From positions 164,858,001-164,922,000 of the forward strand of contig OZ024740.1 of NCBI GenBank assembly GCA_964016885.1: DNA of 64,000 bases. The letters are read 5' to 3'. Positions 54,751-64,000 of this stretch are shown here, in pieces (positions within the stretch are counted from its first letter, which is position 1; every line of letters starts with the position of its first letter). The stretch comes from Eledone cirrhosa (lineage: Eukaryota). Made by a program: the position numbers and the translations under genes. The notes under the pieces are model-generated. The model was not told where the DNA came from. It did no database searches and worked only from the letters and a program-made list of their open reading frames with translations.

Positions 54751-57119
54751 GCCTTATTTCATGCAATAGAAATGAAAAACCAAGCTCATACCCCACATAA
54801 ATATTCTAGGAAAATTAGTAGCAACATCGATGTTGTATCCATAGCATTCTGTAAAATCAATCAAAACGCAAGGCGTTGTTATTTAACAATAGTTCAACTC
54901 TCATTGAATGAACCTATTCTCAAATATACAACAACCATGATCCGCATGATCTTTCTTCCAGGAATACACAATCAATGTGTTATTCCATTTTCAAAAATGA
55001 CAGGCTTTTAAGTCAAGCATGCCGTTGATGGGTAAATTCGTATGTTCCTCCACTATTCTCAAGAACGTTGGGCAAGCTCATTTGTTATGCATCAGCAATT
55101 ATTTACCAGATAAGAAAGTTGCTGTCATCAAGATATTCTCCTGGACGACAATTTTCATATATCTTAGGTACTGCACTTTTATTAGGATAAACTGTCATGT
55201 AACAAATATATTTGTATTATACAAAACAATGTGGCGGGTCCTACATGACCGCACAACGTGTTAGAAATAACCGCCAGATATCTCGAAACTCAAATCCTAC
55301 TAACATTAAAAAAGATAATGTTACAATGCATAATGTAGTCTGACATAAAGACAGTGATGTCACAGCTATAACTTCTAGGATTATAGGTCTGCTCGTTCAA
55401 AACCACCATTGAGCTTATTCATAATATCAATAATAAGGAAACAAATACCATTGAATTAACTAATTCCAGTCTCCAATAAATGAACTTTCATTTTTAATAC
55501 AATATGTTCTTCCTCTTACACATAGAACTAATGATTAATCGAGCCAATGAGCGAGCCAACCCAACTGAGTTACATAAAAACAAAGAGGGCACATTGAATA
55601 AAGTACTTCTAGATACTTCATTTACAGAATGAGCACATTTGATTATAGACCTGTAGGATCAAGGCTGACCTTAGCTAATCTAGAACAAGTTAATAATTAA
55701 TATCATGTACATTTGTTGTACCAGCGTACATAAACATTTCTGTATACATACATATCTACATATGTAAAATGGACTAAGTAATTGTAGACCTTGAATATTA
55801 TATGCTAGCGTTACAAAATGTGCTCGAGAATCATTGGTGGACTAGATGATTGCTATAGATATGGAGACATGTGCATATAAATTTATATCATGAAATGTAT
55901 ACACATGTACGCAGACATGAATACGATTCTGTATAAACATTGATAGCTATGCAGACACCAATGCGCATATACACACACACACACAGACACAGAGACAGAC
56001 ACACATACACACACACACACATATTCATATATGTATGTGAGCGTGTCTGTGTGTATGTATATGCGCCTTGGTGTCTGCATATATTCATACATGTGTGCTG
56101 TGTATGTATATGTGTATATGTATTCATATGTAAATGGGTGCGGGTATGTGTATGTGTTTCATAATGTGTGCGCTTATATGAATATGTGTATCGAGATCTT
56201 TCCTCAGTCTGTTAACCTACACTGACTTACACAGATGTGGTGAAACCAGTATTCTCTTCAGGGAATACTATAAGCCGAATTTCAACAAACCTGACACACG
56301 AAGAAAAATTCTTTCTCTAAATAGACGGTTTCAATTGCTGTTCCTACTTCCCGTCATTCAATTATTCCTTATAGCCTCTCCCATATATATATAAATATAC
56401 ATATACGTTCATACTTTCATATTTATATATCTAAATAGGGGGAAATGAGCAACATTTAGAGATAACAGGTTCAATTCTCATTTGAAAATCTACAATTTAA
56501 TATATGATGCTAATTCTCCTCTTATAGAACAAAGAAACATGTTACAAATTAATAAATGTGCTTTCGCCATGGATATTATTTGAAAGAGGTAAAGGAATTT
56601 TTTTTTTTTGTAGGGCCACAAACTTGCTGTATTTAGTTATATAATTTTATGGTTTACCTTCAAATTCGGCTGTCAATTGTAATTTAAATCAATCTGCAGT
56701 TATTATTTAACACAGGTGCAACCCTAATCAGTCCCCCCCCCCATTTTTTATGACTATAAGGGATTTGAATGGGCTTTAGCAGATATTTTTATCAGTTCAA
56801 TCAAACCCCTGTAACTTCCCACGTTTGTTATGTTTATGTTTAACAATATAAGCAAGTAGAAAACGTTTTTGTCAACTTATTCGAACGTTCCCATACACAA
56901 GTCTCTTTAGCTCAAAACATGTCTTAGGAAACATATCTTACAGCTCGTTAAAATATAAAGCAGTTTTGTCTTCGATATATTGAAATGTGTGTTTATCATG
57001 CGGAGAACATGGTCTTAACTGCTAATTTGGGTGAATTCCAGTAAGGTTGGAGTCGAAAGAAACTTCAACCATGGCAGTACATTTGTGTCTGTAGCCTTGT
57101 ATTGTCACATAATGCACAC

Positions 57120-57380
57120 ATAAATTATGTGAAAACGATTCAGCTGTTTGGCTTGCTTGCTGTAGATAGTTCATGTTTTCCAGGCAAATCGGAGGACTGA
57201 AAAAACGACTACTTGGTAGTAATCCAGAGACAACTCTAGAAGAGAGGTGAAGCCTTCCAAAAGCTGAGCTCACATTAGTTACCCTGGAATTAACCTCATC
57301 GTAAATGTGGGCGTGTCTTAAGAGACGGCTATAAAGGTAGGTGAACTTTCCCACTGTCCGGAGAGGGGAATCAATGACTA
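57120..57380 (-). mobile_element. RTE-clade LINE RT fragment
   Basis: VGKFTYLYSRL..HAHIYDEVNSRVTNVSSAFGRL resembles the RTE motif FTYLGS..DDEV..RI..AS.AFGRL. Confidence 0.75.
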
Positions 57381-59021
57381 GTAACATAAATATCATAGGT
57401 ACAAATGATTTTATATTCACACAAAGTAAATTATCTGCTGAATAGTAGAAGTATAACTAATCCAGATTTTCATAAATTATTTTGTTTAAGCAAATGACCC
57501 CTTCCATAACCAGCGTCTATGAGATAGAAATATCAACCAAATATTCTGTCTTCGAAATAAAAATAAAGTAAATGATTAAGGAATTAAAAGACAAAACAAA
57601 ACAAAAAAATGAAAGGAAAATAAAAGGAAAGAACAATAAACTAGAAGAAAAACAAAGGATAAATGAGATCCTGTGTCTAAAACATAACAGAATGACCACA
57701 GCTGGAAATCATAATCCTGCTGGAAAAAGATTAATCTTGAATTTAAAAAAAAATTCAAATATGTCAAGTTCGTAATTCATTACATTAAATAACAATAATT
57801 TTTTTATATTTATGTTTTCACCGAATCGCTAGCTGAAGTAGGAATGAAGTATAACATCAAATATTTGTTTCTCTTTTTCTCTGTCAAATCGCCATCGACA
57901 TTATATTACTAAAAACAAAAGAGTCACTTAAGCTTATCTCATGTTGGTGTAATTTTCCTCTTCCATACCACGTGTTTAGAGATCTGAAATTATATTTTGT
58001 TTGCCGTTGATGAAATGTGGTGTATTTTATCAGTTAGTGATGAAACTTATGGGTTCGTGTTTGCGTTAGCTGTGTTGAAATATACAGTACATTATGAATT
58101 GGTTTGATGAAAGATGTGAAACTCTCTTAATACCAACGCTGCAATATGTGAAACCAAACACTATCAAAATATTCAAATTCGGTTCATTGTTTCTATAAAT
58201 ATTACTAGAATTTCTCTTGGTAAATAACGATTTCTTACTTTGGCGAACGCAAACATTTTTAGTAAAAAGTTTGAATTATAAGTTTAGTAATTATTTTATG
58301 GAACGATGAAATATAAATTGCAAATATACTTTGTTGGGTTTTTAACTTAATACGCAAAGGTACGTGAAATATCACATGGCATTCAATCAATCACTCTACT
58401 GTTTTGTAATGCTCTACAACACTATGATATTAATGGTAGTAATCTTTCCAAATGCCACAATTGTAAGCTATTGAAATATCTGCCTGCTATTCGGTACACA
58501 AGTTTGACGGTTTATTTTCTTCATATATATAAATTAAGGAAGAGAGACGGTATCACATATACAACATCATTTTATTCTATTACGTCATTGTAAGTCTTGT
58601 CTCTCACTCCAGGGACAGCGCTTTGGCTTGTTTGTCAGACGCTGTGACCTTAGCTGGACCAGCAGTACTATAGGTAGTGGTCGAAACTGCATAAGTCCAT
58701 GTCAACGGCTGAAGTCTTTAGAGTTTTGTGGATTTCGTTTGTCTTTTTTGTCATTGTTTTTATTTAAAAAAAAATGTTTTTTGAAGTACCTTTTAAAAGA
58801 TCGCTTTTCACTCTGTCTTGTTTTCAATCATCTTGTTTTCCGTTATCTTCTCTTTGTCAATTATCCCTATCTTATTTTATATATATATATATATCTATAT
58901 ATATATATATATAAATATATATATATAAATATTTGCCCTACGGTTCTTATATATTTGATATATATTTATCCTTATCGAACCCTCTTTGGATTTTAGTCTT
59001 GAAATTTATTATTATTATTAC

Positions 59022-59054
<33 letters not shown>

Positions 59055-59863
59055 GTATAAATATATATATATATATAAAGACAAAGAAGTTAGTCGGGAT
59101 CACACATTCAACATCCTTTTATTATTTTACATCATCCTGTTATGCATATTTCGAAGGTACTGAAAGATCCCTTTTCTACAATTATTCAGTATGTTTTTGT
59201 AGGACAGGAAGATCAAGTGTAAATAAAAGTAAAGTTCGTTTGTTGTTTTTGTTATGCCAGCCAGCGAAGACATGTATACCTCTCAATTTTTGGCAACAAT
59301 ATATCGTGGTAGGTCAATAGAAATGGGAAACGGAAAACTAAAGTAGAAGCAGTAGTTGGTGTAGGTCAGTTCACTAAAAGGAGTCAGGCTATTCAATCTA
59401 GGGTCAATCCTGGTTGCTAAAGGGTTATAAAATTGTTAAATAATCTATTTAACGTATCTGTCGGTTAGCCTCCAGCGGGGAGTAAAAGTGGTTTTCTCAT
59501 AACTGCGAAATTAGCAACAGTCGATCTCCGGAATATCGGCCTCCTTTTAAGCAGTTATGTAGAGGGAAGAGAGGATGTTTGGACTAAAGCTTGCAAATGT
59601 TGCTAAATGCACGTGTGTGATCCAGAGCTAATGCGAGCTACTGAACTTCCACTAAGAGAATTGGCACGACATGTGCTTGCCGAGCATTTAGATGTAAACA
59701 GGTCTTCTGAGACAGACATATCTAAAACAAAAACAAACATTATTCTTATTCATATTTGAAATTCCTGTCTGAAAAAAAGTTATTGGTATCCGTTACGCCG
59801 AGTGCTTCCTTCTGATTACATCATACATAGTTGGTCGATTGACTGGATTAATAAACACTAATT

Positions 59864-59928
<65 letters not shown>

Positions 59929-60662
59929 ATGTGTGTAATATTAACACAAATTGCACACAATTGCGTAAAATGAGCAGAGAGTTGTATCTTTACCTCGTAA
60001 ACCAGGTTAAGGTGGTATTTCATTTGTAATGTCAATTTGTCGAACAGAGACCCGCTCAGATGGTAAGAAGCATTTCAGACGATAGCAAAACAAAGATTTA
60101 ACCATGTCTTTCGACAAAAAGTGTTGAATACATAAAAGGCTAGATGTAAATAGACAACAGGCGTATCATCTAAAATATGCAACAATTTAATGCTGCAAAG
60201 ACTGAAAGATTGAAAATTTTGAATGCATATATACAAAGGACATAAACGGCAGATAACATCATGTGTTAAAAATATACAACAGCATAAATGTAACCATCAA
60301 AATTATATTCTGAAAGGATGTTTCACATATAATTCAACGTCAGGCTGAGCATTATATTGGTCAAACAAGTATGACACCGTACATGAGAAAAATGCTTGCC
60401 ATAGTTTCCCTATTTTCCATTTTAACCTAGTAGCGATTTTATAACCAAATGCAACCACAATTAAACTCCCTCTGCTTCAGCTAATGTAGGACACTGATAC
60501 ATGTTCGTTCTGAATTCAGAGTTGTATTCTTTGTTATAGACAGGACGTAAGGGGTACACAGTACCAGCATACATGTGACCTTGAAAATTATATTCGGAAA
60601 CGCAAGCGATCAGTAGAAAAAGAAAAGAGATAATGGGGTTTTTTTCAACGTTTTTAAAAATA

Positions 60663-61243
60663 TACTAGCAGAGGAATCCAGCGTTGCACGGGATAAGGTA
60701 TTTTGGAACGCGGGCCGCCAACAGACCTAATCGTGGAAAAACTGCATGCCTGGACAATATGTAAAGAAAATAAACCGAATACTCTCATGGCTGGATAATC
60801 TTTAAGATTTTCTACGATGAAGCATGAAAAATGCTGGTTATCACCTAATGCGGGCCTCAGGCCATAAAAAAAGTAGGATTTTCTTTACTCACGGTATGAA
60901 GAAGAGACTGAATAATACATAGTTACAATTTCAAGGAAATCGGTCTGACGTAACGCCTCAAAAAAACCCTGAAACGCTGAAAAAACGCTGTTTTTCACCT
61001 AATCCTAGGGGATCAAAAAGTTGAATTTTTTTATGTGCATAACACTCCCTGAAACATAAGTAATACACATGTAGTGTTTGAAAAAAATTGGTTGGGTACT
61101 TCTCGAGTTTCACACACACACACACACACACACCATACATACACGCACATACACACATACACACATACACACATACACACATACATACACACATTCATAC
61201 ATACATACATCCTTCTTCAGTTTTATATATATACATATATAGA
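60663..61243 (+). mobile_element. Probable non-autonomous Helentron/HINE-like element
   Basis: Starts TACTAGCAGAGGAATCCAGCGTTGCACGGG; ends ...AAAAATTGGTTGGGTACTTCTCGAGTTT-(CA/CATA)n-AGTTTTATATATA..GAT. A similar 3' end lies at 61600-61705. Confidence 0.55.
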
Positions 61244-61260
61244 TTAAAATAACAGATTAA

Positions 61261-61311
61261 AGTTTAAGCAAAGAATCATTGCTTTCGCCCTAAACGGGAT
61301 CTTCTGAAACT
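61261..61311 (-). ncRNA. Second-locus copy of the CAGAAGA-core hammerhead
   Basis: AGUUU-CAGAAGA-U-CCC-GUUUA-GGG-C-GAAA-GCAA-UGAUUCU-UUGC-UU-AAACU. Confidence 0.6.
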
Positions 61312-61914
61312 AAAAACATCAATCTGTGAACGCAGAAGTAAATATTTCGAAAAACGTTGCAACCGAAGGGATAAAGGAAGACGATACTTTGGTTCGTGAA
61401 TACTTTCCCTGGCAATGAACGGAAAATAGCGAACATATTACCTCATCAATGTTCGTCAGAGTGTAATGCAAACAGTCAGGCATACAGACATATATTATAA
61501 GAGCGCTACGGAGATGGATAACCGGCGCCTAAGACCCATTTAATAACAGAAAATTGAAAAATGAAAGCTGGATTTAATATATTTTGACCGCAAGGGATAT
61601 ATATATGCAAGTTTGAAGTCAATCGGAGTAGAAATGTGGATTTGTATAGACTTTGCAAAAATGAGGCCACACACACAGACAACAACAGTTTTATATATAC
61701 AGATATATATAATTCATTTTGTCTAAGTTAATTTTTTTTCACTGTGTATTGTAAAGGTACAAGTATATTTGAAAACAAAAAAGATATTAGGTATATTTTC
61801 AATAACTTTATTATTACAATTTTTCACCCATATATATAATATATGTATGTATGCGGGTGTGTGTGTGTAGGTGTATACGTGTGTATCTGTGTTTATATAT
61901 ATATATATATATAT

Positions 61915-62424
61915 ATAATTTTTGGTCGCGTGTAACCACGCATAGCTAGTATAGGTAATATTTACCTTTAAGAGTAAGGTAGGCACAACACGTGGTAACG
62001 GCTAGTTGAATATTTGAACTCATTCTGTAAGGACGAATAGCTGCACATTATTACACTTTCCTTTGGCGTTGGATTGGCAGTATCGGTAGAGGGTCGGACG
62101 TCATGCGTTGACGCATAGAGTTATGGCCCTTGCCATTCTGAGTTCAAATCCCGCCGAGGTTAACTTTGCCTTTCATCCTTACGGGGTCGATAAAATAAAG
62201 TACCAGTAATGTACTGGGTAATTGTTTGCCTTGTGCCTAAACTAGAAACAATTATTACACTTTCCTTGTTGACAATCCAATAATATCCACTTTCCGTGAC
62301 TTACCATCTGATTAATTGGTGAATTATATTTCTTTAATGGGATATATACAAGGAAGGTTAATCACTCTTAAAGGTAAATATTACCTATACTAGCTATGCG
62401 TGGTTACACGCGAGCAAAAATTAT
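61915..62424. repeat. Inverted repeat (~63-bp arms) enclosing a SINE insertion
   Basis: ATAATTTTTGGTCGCGTGTAACC...TTTAAGAGT / ACTCTTAAAGG...CGCGAGCAAAAATTAT. Confidence 0.88.
62064..62250 (+). mobile_element. Full-length SINE family A with 17-bp TSD
   Basis: A and B boxes present; TSD ATTATTACACTTTCCTT at 62047-62063 and 62251-62267. Confidence 0.93.
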
Positions 62425-62594
62425 CTCCTGTGATTATTCTAGTATATTTATATGTTAATCAATTTCTAGTTATAATATGCTCGGATTTATTCTTTGAGCT
62501 TAATTTCCAGGATATATGGCGCATGCATTATGACATGACACCCATAATTTAGATTTAGATTAAATTCATTTAATTTATTTTATCTTAAATTTGG

Positions 62595-62656
<62 letters not shown>

Positions 62657-62811
62657 GTTGTTTATTACATAACTATTAAGCTCTGTAACCTACATAGAGC
62701 ACTCTTTTTTCCTGGACCTTTCCGACGGAATTACTTCATTCACACAATATATACGTATATATATATATATATATATATTTAAAAAAATAGAGGTGTAACA
62801 CACGAGTTGTG

Positions 62812-63195
62812 ATATATTAGTAAAAGGAAAAGAAAATGCTGACAACTTTTTCCCAGTGAAAAATAGTTTAATTAGGAATAAGTATAATTTAGTAATAAGT
62901 ATTGGTTAGTATTCAGTTTTAGTTTTAAGTTCTTACCGGTTGCACATTTCTAATGCTTTTCAAAAATAATTTTGTGATAGAACGCTCGTGATGTTTGCTC
63001 TGATTAGAGCAAACATCACGAGCGCTCTATCACAAAATTATTTTTGAAAAGCATTAGAAATGTGCAACCGGTAAGAACTTAAAACTAAAACTGAATACTA
63101 ACCAATACTTATTACTAAATTATACTTATTCCTAATTAAACTATTTTTCACCGGGAAAAAGTTGTCGGCATTTTCATTTCCTTTTACTAATATAT
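62812..63195. repeat. Near-perfect palindrome, ~190-bp arms, 4-nt loop at 63002-63005
   Basis: Reverse-complement arms with few mismatches. Confidence 0.95.
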
Positions 63196-63257
63196 ATATA
63201 TTTCGTTTCTGAATTTGTTTAGCAAGATTCTTTATCTGAAAACGTGTGTTGAAACCG

Positions 63258-63946
63258 ATATTGTTATACTTTGGGAGGGTCATGTTGACAATAAGAAACA
63301 CATGCACCAGTAACTTTCACTTCAATTTATTATAAATTTAGGAATTTATAAATTTCCGGTTGGTTGGTTGGTTCCACAACCAGACGATTGTTCATATATT
63401 GTCAAAGTTCTTTCGTCACACATTCTGTGACCTCTTCAATGACTGGGGATTCTTTTCTTTGTTTTTGTGCCTCTCCTTTGTTCTGTCCTACCCCATCTTG
63501 TTTTTGTGTATTTTGTGTGCTTAGTTTGCGCATGTGTTACATCCGGGTGTATGTGTGTGTTTATATTTGTTTATTTATTTGTTTATTTACATGTTACTGG
63601 TTGGTTGTTTGTTCTATGTGTGTGTGTGTGTGTTTTCATTTTGTCCTTAATTGTAAGTTGTGATGTTGCTATTCTATTCAACTAAGCACACAACACACAC
63701 AAAACAAGATGGCGTAGGACAGAGGACAGAACAAAGGAGAGGCACAAAAACAAAGAAAAGAATCCCCAGTCACTGAAGAGGTCACAGAATGTGTGACGAA
63801 AGAACTTTGACAATATATGAACAATCGTCTGGTTGTGGAACCAACCAACCAACCGGAAATTTATAAATTCCTAAATTTATAATAAATTGAAGTGAAAGCA
63901 ACTGGTGCATGTGTTTCTTATTGGCAACATGACGCTCCCAAAGTAT

Positions 63947-63954
<8 letters not shown>
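63258..63954. repeat. Inverted repeat, ~270-bp arms (63258-63526 / 63680-63954), hammerhead-bearing pLTR pair
   Basis: Reverse-complement arms; the right end runs into (TA)n. Confidence 0.95.
63769..63811 (+). ncRNA. Type I hammerhead ribozyme (mirror copy 63401-63443, minus strand, C3U)
   Basis: GUCA-CUGAAGA-G-GUCACA-GAAUG-UGUGAC-GAAA-G-AA-C-UU-UGAC. Canonical core, 4-bp stem I, 6-bp stem II, CUU triplet. Confidence 0.75.

Positions 63955-64000
<46 letters not shown>

Noticed and set aside
59990-60390. GIY-YIG-like traces (EHYIGQTS at ~60347)
   Set aside because: Probably old PLE debris, too fragmentary to delimit.

Overview
AT-rich, microsatellite-saturated animal genomic DNA. The SINE families and repeat landscape suggest a coleoid cephalopod, probably an octopus (inference). 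I can support no intact host gene; most short ORFs are (TA)n/(CA)n/(GA)n artefacts. The window is mostly decayed retrotransposons. (i) A ~15.8 kb insertion hub at 5.3-21.1 kb strung on (TTA)n tracts holds tRNA-SINEs, two head-to-tail R4/Dong-clade RLE elements and a Tx1-type L1-clade element. (ii) A second Tx1-type element sits in (GATA)n at 45.6-51.3 kb. (iii) There are many Penelope-like element (PLE) remnants, both Neptune-like and Naiad-like, plus RTE and HINE-like pieces. Two things stand out. First, two divergent RLE elements share a homologous ~0.8-1 kb 5' leader containing an identical 30-mer, and that leader resembles the 5' end of the neighbouring Tx1 element, suggesting 5'-end/promoter capture. 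Second, about ten fold-back palindromes occur, mostly embedded in (TA)n; three carry type I hammerhead ribozyme folds and two carry half-cores, all pointing outward. Two hammerhead families have recurrent non-canonical cores (CAGAAGA and CCGAUGA), and the CAGAAGA copies keep their stems paired. All alignments and folds were done by eye.
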